A stretch of DNA of 64,000 nt from an uncultured bacterium (GTDB lineage Bacteria; Patescibacteriota; Kazan-3B-28). The notes beneath the pieces were generated by a model. That model worked only from the letters and a program-made list of their open reading frames with translations, did no database searches and was not told the DNA's origin. This document shows positions 34,077 to 43,126 of this stretch, one piece after another. The first letter of the stretch is position 1, and each line of letters starts with the position of its first letter. Location of the stretch: positions 280,004 to 344,003 of the forward strand of contig OY968788.1 of assembly GCA_963695435.1 (NCBI GenBank), in the 5' to 3' direction. The position numbers were made by a program, and so were the translations under genes.

Positions 34077-34308
34077 TTACCGACGAGGTGGTGGACAGCC
34101 TTGTAGTCGCCTTTTTTGATATCCCTCCTGGCTCGGAGAGCGTATGACGGCTGTTGGCTTTTGGTCGTTCACGAAGCGGATCTCGTGACCAACTTTTTTG
34201 GGATCACCCCCTTCATCCACCAGAATGCTTGCTTTTGTCGCTACGGGCTTCTTAGGGATGATCGCCGATAAATCGGCGAGCTACATAGGATTGCTTTCCC
34301 ATGCACAT
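34077..34308 (-). pseudogene. Candidate unannotated small ORF with an apparent internal frameshift
   Basis: On the minus strand, AGGAGG-N6-ATG gives MGKQSYVARRFIGDHP*. A second frame then runs 63 codons (LADLSAIIPKKPVATKASILVDEGGDPKKVGHEIRFVNDQKPTAVIRSPSQEGYQKRRLQGCPPPRR*) and ends at the 34028 hairpin. It is absent from the ORF track. Confidence 0.3.
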
Positions 34309-34384
34309 CCTCCTTGAACAATAAATTAGACCGAGAGTTTCCCCCCGACCCATTTTTATTCTAATTGGTCTATTCTGATTTTGT

Positions 34385-34741
34385 CTAGAATAGATTGCGA
34401 ATGTAAGGATAAAAAATAATCACGCCGATGACTACCGCACCAATGGCGGCGATCAGGGTAATCCCGGCGAGCATATCCTTTGCCATCCGAAATCGCGGTG
34501 AGTAATGTTTGCTAACGCCGTCGAGAATGTTTTCTAACACGCTATTGGCGGCTTCGACGGTTAGTACAAAAAGTATCATTATTACTACCGCTACACGCTC
34601 CAGCGCTCTCAAATGAAACGCGTAGGCCGCCCACAAAGCGAGGGCGGCAATTACTAATTCGATACAAAAGTTAGGTTGAGTGCGAATCAGATCCCTGATC
34701 CCCCGCAGGGCGTTGACTACGCTATGAGCAAATCTTCGCAT
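34385..34741 (-). CDS. dgkA: Diacylglycerol kinase family (prokaryotic DgkA/UDPK-like)
   Basis: 3-TM protein containing EAANSVLENILDGVSKHYSPRFRMAKDMLAGITLIAAIGAVV, the DgkA signature. Confidence 0.7.
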   Translation of the reverse strand: MRRFAHSVVNALRGIRDLIRTQPNFCIELVIAALALWAAYAFHLRALERVAVVIMILFVLTVEAANSVLENILDGVSKHYSPRFRMAKDMLAGITLIAAIGAVVIGVIIFYPYIRNLF

Positions 34742-34751
34742 AACACTTTTA

Positions 34752-35174
34752 CTAACCTCGGCTAATCCGTTCCAGAATTTTATCGTGCTTTTCGAGATAC
34801 TCTAAAATATCCCTGATTTCCTCTTCTGCCCTAAGGTTGGTTTTGTAATCTGAATCAGCTCGCAGTTCGGCGTGGCGGTTCTGTAAGTTTTGCCCGACCA
34901 TAATAAGAGGCATCAACATAATCTGAATCATATTGGAAATAAATAACCACAGCACAAAGGCTGGGTAGGGATCAAATCTGTGGTCAACTGGCCCTAGTGT
35001 ATTCCAGCCGAACCAACCGATAGTCCACGCTACGATCAAAAAGAAAAATCCCATACTCCCAACATGATTTGTAGTCCAAATTGCAATTCTGTCGAGTGTA
35101 CTAAAGCTTTTGCGGTGCAATTGGTTTGGGTTACGGACTGTGACTTCGGGTGATTTGGATTTTGCCATATTCAA
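34752..35174 (-). CDS. Membrane protein, DUF1003-like
   Basis: Two TM helices and an LMPLIMVGQNLQNRH motif. Confidence 0.45.
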   Translation of the reverse strand: MNMAKSKSPEVTVRNPNQLHRKSFSTLDRIAIWTTNHVGSMGFFFLIVAWTIGWFGWNTLGPVDHRFDPYPAFVLWLFISNMIQIMLMPLIMVGQNLQNRHAELRADSDYKTNLRAEEEIRDILEYLEKHDKILERISRG

Positions 35175-35227
35175 AAATTAACTTGTCTTTATTATACAGC
35201 TAGTTGATTGGCTCGAAAGCTTACAGT

Positions 35228-35626
35228 TTATTCGGTTGTTTTACCGTCGAATTCTTCAGGTTGAGCGATAGCGTCCGCCTTGGTGTGACGAATTGTTCCG
35301 TCAATGTGTTCAGCCGGAGAATAAAGCGTGTAGAGTTTTAGCGGTTTGTCGGCGGAAGTATTTATTACATTATGTTCGGCACCTGCGGGAACAATTGCGC
35401 CAAAACCGTCTCTTACTTCATGTTCTACGCCATCAATTACAACCTTTCCTTCCCCTTCGTCAAAACGGAAGAACTGATCGATAACAGGATGAACTTCGGA
35501 ACCGATTTCTTCACCCGGCTGAAGTGTCATCAACACCAGTTGCGTGTGATGCCCTGTGTATAACACTCGGCGGAAGTCGCCGTTGGCGATTGTTTCTTGT
35601 TCGAGATTAGTTACAAATCCTTTCAT
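35228..35626 (-). CDS. Cupin-fold protein
   Basis: HPVIDQFFRFDEGEGKVVIDGVEHEV...GAEHNV, a cupin 2 His cluster. Confidence 0.6.
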   Translation of the reverse strand: MKGFVTNLEQETIANGDFRRVLYTGHHTQLVLMTLQPGEEIGSEVHPVIDQFFRFDEGEGKVVIDGVEHEVRDGFGAIVPAGAEHNVINTSADKPLKLYTLYSPAEHIDGTIRHTKADAIAQPEEFDGKTTE

Positions 35627-35660
35627 AAGTTCTCCTTGTTTATCGCTGATTATAATTTTT

Positions 35661-35734
35661 TGTCATTCTGAGTGAAACGAAGAATCTAGACCGAAGGTCG
35701 CTACGCTAGATCCTTCACTTCGTTCAGGATGACA
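35661..35734. repeat. Imperfect-palindromic intergenic repeat, copy C
   Basis: Nearly identical to copy B, with one substitution in the right arm. Confidence 0.75.
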
Positions 35735-35743
35735 AGGGGGGGA

Positions 35744-36088
35744 TTACTCCTTTGTTTTTAAAAATTCGTCTGCTTCTTGTAATGCTCTGACATGGGCGTC
35801 CATCAGATCTATATCGTAATGATCGGCAATTCGGATGGTCATAAAAAGAATGTCTGACAGTTCATCTCCAATTTTTTCTTTAGTAGCGAGGTATTCGCTG
35901 TCTAATTGGCCGCGATCTGCAAAATAGTATTGCTCATAGCTCATTACTAATCTGGAGAGTTCTCCGACTTGTTTCATTAGTTCCATCATGCCGCCTTCCA
36001 CACCCCAAGGCTTGCCTTCAATTTTTTCGAAGCGTTTGATAATTTTTCGAGTCAAATCCAGCATTTCTTCCCAAGTCATTTTTCCCAT
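35744..36088 (-). CDS. MazG-like nucleotide pyrophosphohydrolase
   Basis: All-alpha EExxE/D motif region (ELMKQVGELSRL...DELSDILFMTIRIADHYDIDL). Confidence 0.65.
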   Translation of the reverse strand: MGKMTWEEMLDLTRKIIKRFEKIEGKPWGVEGGMMELMKQVGELSRLVMSYEQYYFADRGQLDSEYLATKEKIGDELSDILFMTIRIADHYDIDLMDAHVRALQEADEFLKTKE

Positions 36089-36687
36089 TACTTTTTCTTT
36101 TTAAGAATATGAATTACGGCTGGGGTGATGGATGCAATAATAATTCCAATAATAATCCAAGAAATGTAGCTTTCGGCGTTGGGAATTACTCTGGTTAGAT
36201 AATAGCCGGAAAGAGTAAGCCCAAATGTCCAGAGCGCTCCACCGACAATATTGTAGAGAACAAATGTTTTGTAATTCATTTCGCCAACTCCTGCAACAAT
36301 TGGAGCGAAAGTGCGAACAACTGGTATGAATCGGGCTAACACGATCGTCATTGGGCCGTATTTGTCATAGAAATCTTTGGCGCGAACCAAATTCTTCTTA
36401 TGAAACAAAAATGAATCTTCTCGTTTGAATAATTTTGGTCCGACTGTTCTACCGAAAGCATAACCAACATGCACCCCGATTATTGCGGCGACAAAGATAG
36501 TAAAAATCAGCCAAGCGATATCAAAATACCCTTGTGAGGCAAGAAGCCCCGCAGTGAATAACAAACTATCGCCGGGGAGAAAGAAGCCGACAAACAATCC
36601 TGATTCGGCAAAAATAACTGCGAATATCCCAAGATACCCGATAGTTTTGATTAGTTGAATCAGATTGTCACCGGTCAGCCAATCCAT
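36088..36687 (-). CDS. DedA/SNARE-associated family membrane protein
   Basis: FLPGDSLLFTAGLLA and GY...R motifs across 4-5 TM helices; ATGA overlap with the downstream gene. Confidence 0.8.
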   Translation of the reverse strand: MDWLTGDNLIQLIKTIGYLGIFAVIFAESGLFVGFFLPGDSLLFTAGLLASQGYFDIAWLIFTIFVAAIIGVHVGYAFGRTVGPKLFKREDSFLFHKKNLVRAKDFYDKYGPMTIVLARFIPVVRTFAPIVAGVGEMNYKTFVLYNIVGGALWTFGLTLSGYYLTRVIPNAESYISWIIIGIIIASITPAVIHILKKKK

Positions 36688-36705
36688 CGGTATTATTATA
36701 CCTTG

Positions 36706-38280
36706 TTACCAGTCGAGGAGCTTTTTGAATTCCTCTCCAAAAGATTCGGGAGCTTCTGATGCTGATTTTTCTACTACCGGTTTTTCTGCCGTTACAGGCT
36801 TCTCCACTGTTCGCGCTTCTTCTACTACCTCCGTCGGGGCAGAATTTTCTATTGGTCGACGAGAAAATTTTCTCGCTATTGTTTCTTGGGGTCGAGTACC
36901 AATAGTTTTTCCTCGTTCTTGAGAATAAGCTTCTGTCAGGTCTTGTTTCTTAGACTGTTCCAAAATTTGCAAGTAATACTCTAGTGTCCCTGCCAGTTTT
37001 TTGCGTTCGATGTACTTGCTTAGTTTTTTGATGCCCCAGAACTCGATCTGACGAATGCGCTCTCTGGTTATATTGAATCTTTTACCGATTTCCTCTAATG
37101 TTTCAATTCTCCCGTCTCGGTCTCCTAGCCCAAATCGTGACTTCAGTACCTCTACTGATCGGTCGTCTAGCCCACTGTTTTCCAGTATCCCCACAATCTC
37201 CCGCTGAATTTTTGAGACAACGGCGGACTGCTCTGGGTTAGCGGTTCTGCGGTCTGCCTGAAAGTCTCCCAACGTGGAATCATCCCCTTTAGTGATTTTC
37301 TTTTCAAGCGATACAGTTTTTTGTGCGTGTATTAGTGTCTTGTCAATTTCTTCAACGGGTCTGTTTATTTTTTGGGATAATTCTCTCCTGCTCAATTCTC
37401 TACCTGCTTCGTTGGTTGCGTCCTTGATCTCCTTACTCAATTTACTAATTTTTTCCCCCATGTGGACAGGGAGGCGTATGTCTCTTGCCCTGTCGGCAAG
37501 ACCTCGGGATATAGCTTGTCTAATCCACCAAGTTGCATAAGTAGAAAGTTTGAACCCTCGTCGAAAATCAAATTTTTCAACTGCTCTGATTAACCCCATA
37601 TTACCTTCCTGGATTAGATCAAGAAAAGGTAGTCCACGATAAAGATACTTTTTGGCAATGGATACCACCAGTCGAAGATTGCAGTTGATCAATGTCTCTT
37701 TTGCTGATTCATCGCCCTCTTCATATTTTTTAGCAAAATAGACCTCTTCCTCTTTTTCAAGAAGAGGAAATTTGCTCATCTCAATTAGATACGCTTTGAC
37801 ATCGTCTGATTCCACCACTGCCCAGTGGTCTTCTGCGAGTTGCTTATCTTCTGGATCCGTCTCTTCTTCCCATTGGTCTTTCAGGGGTTTTTCGTTACCT
37901 GATTCTATTTTCCCCTGAGGATTCTTGGTGTGCTGCTGGAGGATTTTTCTTTCTACCTTCAAGATCTTCTGCTCTATTGCGGCAGCGAGTCTGTCATCGG
38001 CTAGCCGAGAGGCGTCATCTTCCACACTCGGTTTTTTTGACGCTCCTTCTTGTTTATCTTTTCCATCTTTCCCTAAGCGGTCTAGCCAGCCAAAAACATC
38101 ATCAAGTTCTTCTTGGATGTTTATTGCTTCTCGGGTTTGGGGTTTTTCGATGTTGGCTGCAAAGTTGTTTGAGTCATCGAAGTTTGATTTTGGAAAGAAT
38201 GATGACTCGGTAGTCTCACCCAAATGTGCTTGGGTGCTTGTTGATGCGTCTTTCTTTTCGATTCGAAACAGCTCGTTCAT
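36706..38280 (-). CDS. rpoD: RNA polymerase sigma factor RpoD (sigma-70)
   Basis: Region 2 ([26 protein letters not shown]), region 3, and region 4.2 ([20 protein letters not shown]). Start taken at MNELF; the ORF-track extension to 38337 translates a hairpin. Confidence 0.9.
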   Translation of the reverse strand: MNELFRIEKKDASTSTQAHLGETTESSFFPKSNFDDSNNFAANIEKPQTREAINIQEELDDVFGWLDRLGKDGKDKQEGASKKPSVEDDASRLADDRLAAAIEQKILKVERKILQQHTKNPQGKIESGNEKPLKDQWEEETDPEDKQLAEDHWAVVESDDVKAYLIEMSKFPLLEKEEEVYFAKKYEEGDESAKETLINCNLRLVVSIAKKYLYRGLPFLDLIQEGNMGLIRAVEKFDFRRGFKLSTYATWWIRQAISRGLADRARDIRLPVHMGEKISKLSKEIKDATNEAGRELSRRELSQKINRPVEEIDKTLIHAQKTVSLEKKITKGDDSTLGDFQADRRTANPEQSAVVSKIQREIVGILENSGLDDRSVEVLKSRFGLGDRDGRIETLEEIGKRFNITRERIRQIEFWGIKKLSKYIERKKLAGTLEYYLQILEQSKKQDLTEAYSQERGKTIGTRPQETIARKFSRRPIENSAPTEVVEEARTVEKPVTAEKPVVEKSASEAPESFGEEFKKLLDW

Positions 38281-38307
38281 ATTTTTGTTGGGTTTGGGAA
38301 GAATTTT

Positions 38308-38335
38308 GGGCTGTCGGCGGTGTAACCGACAGCCC
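38308..38335 (-). promoter_or_regulatory. Perfect 10-bp stem hairpin in the rpoD leader
   Basis: gggctgtcgg-cggtgtaa-ccgacagccc; no U-tract on either strand. Confidence 0.35.
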
Positions 38336-38362
38336 AAATGCGTTTCGTGGGCTGGTGGAGAG

Positions 38363-38848
38363 TTAGCAGTCTGGAAGCAACTCCTCGATTTCCTGCCTCG
38401 CAGAGTCTACCACCGCTTGGATGTCGTCTAAACGAGCAAGGCATGTTTCTTTGACGCCAGAGAGTTGCTTCTTTCGCTCGGCATCCCTTTCGTCGGAAGC
38501 CTTTGCCATGTCGGCGAATGCGCTCCCGGCTTCTTTGGCTTTTTCCTTGGCGTCAGAGAGGTCTCTTTCGGCCTTTTGGATGCCGCTGACGGGGCTTTGT
38601 TTGGGGTTCTGCGCCTTCTTGGGTCGCCCCCTCTTCTTCGGTTGCTCGGGTTGGCGTTTGGGTCGTTCAGAAATCACACCAGCATCTCTCTTGGCTTGGT
38701 AGTAAGCCTGCGCTACCGAACCTTGGGTCGTTTGGATGCCGGCTTCTTTGGCCTTTGCGGTCAACCATTTCGCAGCGCCACGCTCTTTGGAAATTGCCTC
38801 TGACAGGTTAGCGTTGACGAAATCCTTAAGCGTTGTGTTCTTTGGCAT
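38363..38848 (-). CDS. Lys/Ala/Glu-rich protein with an AT-hook (KKRGRPKK), putative nucleoid-associated protein
   Basis: 161 aa; [14 protein letters not shown] matches the AT-hook RGRP core. Confidence 0.5.
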   Translation of the reverse strand: MPKNTTLKDFVNANLSEAISKERGAAKWLTAKAKEAGIQTTQGSVAQAYYQAKRDAGVISERPKRQPEQPKKRGRPKKAQNPKQSPVSGIQKAERDLSDAKEKAKEAGSAFADMAKASDERDAERKKQLSGVKETCLARLDDIQAVVDSARQEIEELLPDC

Positions 38849-38945
38849 GTTGTCACCCCCTTATCGTGAGATCAGAATAGTTCAAAGGACATGTTCGCTT
38901 ACACCAACGAACTAGACAGCATATCACAGATTTGAATAGGGCTCA

Positions 38946-40688
38946 TTACCAGCTGCCACCACCGCCGCCGCCGGCTCCTCCACCAGAAAATCCACCTCCA
39001 CCACTAAATCCTCCACTGGAGCTTCTGGGGCTGCTTGATAGTGTAGACGCCATATTGGAAGACAGGGAACTTAGGTGAGTCGCAAAACTATCGATTGAAA
39101 AATTACTTCCGGCTGTTGCGATGTACCAAATGGGAATGTAGTTGGTGTGATATTTTTCTTCGTAAATCTTGGCAAATGCTTTCGCCCAAATATGGGTCAA
39201 GCCAAATACGATTGCGTAAGGCAGATATTTTTCGAATATATTTTCCTTTTCATAAAAACGCATTCGGTAAGTTTCCGCTTGTTTCATATATAGTTGGAAA
39301 CCCTTCAGCTGATACAGTGTTTCTGCACCAAGCGGAGAGCGTTTGGACATTAGAATACCAAAGATAATCAAAATCATTCCCGATGACATTAGCGCGGCAA
39401 GTATTTCCCAATTTGTTAGTGTTATCCCAATTGGCACACTAGCAAACATCAGCGCAGAACCAAGTCCGATGAAAGTAATTTGCCAACCAGCACCATCGCT
39501 ATCGAAAAATGATTTTATCTTTTCATATGCGCTCGTACGGATTCCTGTCATTTCGGTATAGAAAGTATCTTTTTGGTCGGAAAGCTTGATGGAAGTACCA
39601 ACTACAGGATTATTCCCCAACAAGGCTTCTAATAATCTAGTTTCAAATGGTTTTAGTCCTGCAAAATCATCTTTCAGTAAAGTAACCTGCCAATCTTGTC
39701 CCATCAAGAATCCTGTTGATTTTATTTCTTCGATTTTCACAAACCCGCGAACTGCTAAATCGATAATAGTCGCACTTACAAATATCGGTTTGAGATTCCC
39801 GTAGTTCATCAACAATCCCCCTTCCAGTGGGAGCAGATCTTTGGGTGGGTCATATTCAACCACAATAGGGCCTCTGAAGCGCGGATCTTGCCCATGCCGT
39901 CTCCACTCCCGCAAACCGAGCCACAGAGCGTACAGAGGCAATAGAAGCCATAAATAATTACCATACCGTTCCCACCAGCTTGGCTGATAAAGTTTCACTA
40001 ATCCGTTTGGAAATTCCGCCCAAGTGGTGATGCCAATACTTGGCGGTAAATCATTTGCTGTTACCTGAAAACTTTTGCCATCCTCGCTCCATTTGAATTT
40101 GGCAAACTCGTTTGCGGTAATTCCAAATTCTCCCGCATATAACTGAATTTGAGTGTTAGCTTGATTGATCCCATCGGGCAGATGGACTGTCCCCGTAAAA
40201 TTATTAGTCGGGAGCTCCCAAAAGTTTCCGTTGAGATTTAGGTACAGTGCATCCCCGTTGTCTGACGGAACAACAACATTTTTGATGATATAGGAAATCT
40301 GATAAATATTTATTCCTGTAATAGTGGTGTTGGCATCGCCGATTTTCCAAGTGATGTTGTGATTGAATCGGTCGGTAATTGTTTCGAAGTTGTATGGTTT
40401 GCCTGTTCCGTTGGTAATAGAAATTAGTTTTATTGGGGTATAGGGCCAAACTTGAGTGGGACGATATAGTTTGGTCGGTAGTATGCGAAAGATGCCGTAC
40501 TTGTCTGGCAAAGTTCCGCAATCTACTCGCAGAGTTTCGTTTATTTTGGCGGATGAATCGGCGTTGAGTTGGATTTGTGTATCGTAATTGGCTATTACAC
40601 AATCCGTATCAGGAGTGAACGCAAAAGCAGGGGTTGAGAAACCCAGTGAAACAAACAACGCAAGAAAAGAAAGAATTAGATTACGCAA
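38946..40688 (-). CDS. DUF2207-family membrane protein
   Basis: Signal peptide, a large extracytoplasmic N-domain, TM helices and a C-terminal Gly-rich tail (SSGGFSGGGGFSGGGAGGGGGGSW). Confidence 0.7.
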   Translation of the reverse strand: MRNLILSFLALFVSLGFSTPAFAFTPDTDCVIANYDTQIQLNADSSAKINETLRVDCGTLPDKYGIFRILPTKLYRPTQVWPYTPIKLISITNGTGKPYNFETITDRFNHNITWKIGDANTTITGINIYQISYIIKNVVVPSDNGDALYLNLNGNFWELPTNNFTGTVHLPDGINQANTQIQLYAGEFGITANEFAKFKWSEDGKSFQVTANDLPPSIGITTWAEFPNGLVKLYQPSWWERYGNYLWLLLPLYALWLGLREWRRHGQDPRFRGPIVVEYDPPKDLLPLEGGLLMNYGNLKPIFVSATIIDLAVRGFVKIEEIKSTGFLMGQDWQVTLLKDDFAGLKPFETRLLEALLGNNPVVGTSIKLSDQKDTFYTEMTGIRTSAYEKIKSFFDSDGAGWQITFIGLGSALMFASVPIGITLTNWEILAALMSSGMILIIFGILMSKRSPLGAETLYQLKGFQLYMKQAETYRMRFYEKENIFEKYLPYAIVFGLTHIWAKAFAKIYEEKYHTNYIPIWYIATAGSNFSIDSFATHLSSLSSNMASTLSSSPRSSSGGFSGGGGFSGGGAGGGGGGSW

Positions 40689-40689
40689 T

Positions 40690-41196
40690 CTAGTTTAGAA
40701 TAATGTTTACCGTTGAAGGAAGTTTGCTCCGAATACCATTTAGATCCTGAACGGAATATTGGTTGCCGGAAAGATTAAGAGTTTTTAGATTTTGAAGATT
40801 ACCTAATTCGTTAGGCAATCCTGTAAGTTTGTTGTTCGATAAGTCGAGAACTTCAAGATTTGTCAGCTGACCAATCTCCGCTGGTACTCCTGTCATCAAA
40901 TTGTTGCTGGCGTTTAGAACTTTCAGTTTCGTCAGTTGTCTTATTTCCGCCTGAATAGCTCCCGTCAGTTGATTGTTGGAAACATTGAGCTCTTGTAAGT
41001 TTGTTTCGCTAAAAACATAAGAAGGAACGCTTTTTAGTCCCTGATTACTCAAATCAAGAGTCGTGGTGCCAGATACCACTGAATTGTTTTGATTCGTGTT
41101 GTTGCTTGTCAAATTGATGACCCCCGTCATCTGCATTACAAGCACCCCTGCCAAAATAACCAAAATTACGCCTAAAATCCAAGATATGTTTTTCAT
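40690..41196 (-). CDS. Leucine-rich-repeat surface protein, N-terminally membrane anchored
   Basis: Five or more LxxLxLxxNxL repeats (LDLSNNKLTGLPNELGNLQNLKTLNLSGN); sits 2 nt upstream of the DUF2207 gene. Confidence 0.75.
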   Translation of the reverse strand: MKNISWILGVILVILAGVLVMQMTGVINLTSNNTNQNNSVVSGTTTLDLSNQGLKSVPSYVFSETNLQELNVSNNQLTGAIQAEIRQLTKLKVLNASNNLMTGVPAEIGQLTNLEVLDLSNNKLTGLPNELGNLQNLKTLNLSGNQYSVQDLNGIRSKLPSTVNIILN

Positions 41197-41249
41197 ACGC
41201 TTATAAGAGGTTAATAATCTATCCCTTCTATGGTATCAGTTCTCATTGC

Positions 41250-42437
41250 CTATTTTGGCTTCTTCTCGAGGATTTGTCTTGCAAGATACTGCTTATTTTT
41301 TAGCTTCTCCGGGAGGAAGCTTTCTTGTGTGTATTTCTCGTATCCTTCGCCGTATTTCAGCTCTTTCATCAGCTTTGTCGGTGCGTTTCTGACTTTCAAG
41401 GGAATCGGCAGATTACCGTATGTTTTCACATCTTCCATCGCCCCCAAATACGCGTTATAAGAATCTCTGTTCTTTGTACACTTGCATAGATACACCACCC
41501 CGTGTGCTAAATTGATTGCGCATTCGGGATAACCGATTGTTTCTACCGCTCGAAAAACTTCGTTGGCAACTACTAGAGCAGTTGGTTGGGCTATTCCGAT
41601 ATCTTCCGAAGCAAAAATTACCATTCGGCGGGCAATAAACTTTGGATCTTCTCCCGCATCCACCATTCGCGCCAAATAATATAACGCCGCGTCTGGTTGG
41701 GACGCTCGCATACTTTTTATGAAGGCGCTAATTGTGTTGTAATGTTCATCTCCTTGTTTATCAAAACGCAGAAACTTACTCTGCAAAGTGTTTTTCAAAT
41801 TATCGATTGTAATTTCGCCGTACAGACTTTGAGCATTTTCCAACATTGTAATCGCCTGTCTGGCGTCACCATTTGCCATACTAATTAGCCAATCTCTTGC
41901 TTCTTTATCTAGTTTTATCCCTGTTTGCTCAATAATTTTTGCCATTTCTGTTTCTGACAACTCATTCAAGATAAACACCCGACAGCGTGAAAGAAGCGCT
42001 GGAATTACTTCGAAGCTTGGATTCTCTGTTGTTGCACCGATTAGTGTTAGTTCACCTCGTTCGACATACGGCAAAAGAAAATCTTGTTGTGCTTTGTTGA
42101 ACCGATGAATTTCATCCAAAAACAAAACCTTTGGTTTTTGTTCCGTGGCTTCTCCTACCATTTGCTGATTTGCAGATTTTTTATTTGCTATTATCTTCCT
42201 AATATCATCCTTCCCTGCCGATACTGCCGAAAGTTCAGTCAAATCCGCATTCAAGGCGTTGGCGTAAATCTTTGCCAGAGTCGTTTTGCCGACCCCCGGA
42301 GGGCCCCACAAAATAAACGAGAACAGGTGCTTCTGCTCGATTGCAATCCGGAGGGGCTTACCTTCCCCAACCAAATGCTCCTGCCCGACAAAATCAGACA
42401 AGGAAAGAGGCCTAATTCGAGAGGCAAGAGGTTCCAT
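41250..42437 (-). CDS. rarA: Replication-associated recombination protein A (AAA+)
   Basis: [13 protein letters not shown] Walker [13 protein letters not shown] Walker B/sensor, and a MgsA C-terminal domain. Confidence 0.9.
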   Translation of the reverse strand: MEPLASRIRPLSLSDFVGQEHLVGEGKPLRIAIEQKHLFSFILWGPPGVGKTTLAKIYANALNADLTELSAVSAGKDDIRKIIANKKSANQQMVGEATEQKPKVLFLDEIHRFNKAQQDFLLPYVERGELTLIGATTENPSFEVIPALLSRCRVFILNELSETEMAKIIEQTGIKLDKEARDWLISMANGDARQAITMLENAQSLYGEITIDNLKNTLQSKFLRFDKQGDEHYNTISAFIKSMRASQPDAALYYLARMVDAGEDPKFIARRMVIFASEDIGIAQPTALVVANEVFRAVETIGYPECAINLAHGVVYLCKCTKNRDSYNAYLGAMEDVKTYGNLPIPLKVRNAPTKLMKELKYGEGYEKYTQESFLPEKLKNKQYLARQILEKKPK

Positions 42438-42474
42438 ACCCCTTTATTATATTCTAGTTGGCTTTTGAGAGGGG

Positions 42475-42870
42475 TTAGGCAATCAGACCGTCAGATACGA
42501 GTTTGGATTCAACACCCTCGTCGTTCATAAAATAAACCACCTTCGGCAATTCGCTGGCATCAAAAAACTTATAACCGCTTATCTCTTGACTTGGAGTTGG
42601 TTCGCCGATCATGGTAGCTAAATAATAATGACTCGTTTGTAATTTATTATTGGCTGGGTTCACATATTCTATCTGCGTATAGAATTTCAAATCGGCAAGT
42701 TCGACTCCCAGCTCTTCCCTCACCTCGCGTCTAAGTGTTTGTTCGTGATCTTCGCCTTCATCAACTTTGCCACCCGGACTCCAATAATACTTAGCTTCAT
42801 AGCCAGTTACTAAAAGTAATTTCTTGTCTCGGATTATTAGAGCTGCCACTCTATCACGATTCCTGTCCAT
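42475..42870 (-). CDS. NUDIX hydrolase
   Basis: Nudix box GGKVDEGEDHEQTLRREVREELGV. Start taken at MDRNRDR; the ORF-track N-terminal extension is out of register with the upstream small ORF. Confidence 0.7.
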   Translation of the reverse strand: MDRNRDRVAALIIRDKKLLLVTGYEAKYYWSPGGKVDEGEDHEQTLRREVREELGVELADLKFYTQIEYVNPANNKLQTSHYYLATMIGEPTPSQEISGYKFFDASELPKVVYFMNDEGVESKLVSDGLIA

Positions 42871-42872
42871 TT

Positions 42873-43016
42873 TTACGCTCTCTTTCGTGGGATAAAGTAG
42901 ATAAACCAAATAAACCAGAGGAGCCAGAGTAAATCTCTCCAGTCTTGAGTAAAAATTCCAGGGATGCCCAGCAGTCCAAGAAATCCTAAAAATCCTAGTG
43001 CCCAATTTTTATTCAT
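42873..43016 (-). CDS. Small 2-TM membrane peptide, 47 aa
   Basis: MNKNWALGFLGFLGLLGIPGIFTQDWRDLLWLLWFIWFIYFIPRKRA, read from the minus strand. Its stop lies 2 nt before the NUDIX ATG. It is not in the ORF track. Confidence 0.3.
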   Translation of the reverse strand: MNKNWALGFLGFLGLLGIPGIFTQDWRDLLWLLWFIWFIYFIPRKRA

Positions 43017-43024
43017 ATTCTAGT

Positions 43025-43098
43025 TGGCTGGGGCGCATGGATTCGAACCATGGATCATAGGACCAGAACCTATTGCCTTACCACTTGGCTACGCCCCA
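43025..43098 (-). tRNA. tRNA-Gln (anticodon CUG), CCA encoded
   Basis: Cloverleaf: acceptor tggggcg/cgcccca, anticodon stem atagg/cctat with loop ttCTGgt, T arm catgg-ttcgaat-ccatg. Confidence 0.85.
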
Positions 43099-43126
43099 CT
43101 AACGCCGAGAGTATAGCGAAATCAGG

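Noticed and set aside
36706-38337. Long N-terminal extensions suggested by the ORF track for rpoD (to 38337), alr (to 60225), NUDIX (to 43005), the thioredoxin-like gene (to 52988) and uvrC (from 2134)
   Set aside because: The extensions run over a leader hairpin, a tRNA gene, or an out-of-frame small ORF, and lack RBS support. Internal starts matching ortholog-like N-termini were chosen instead.
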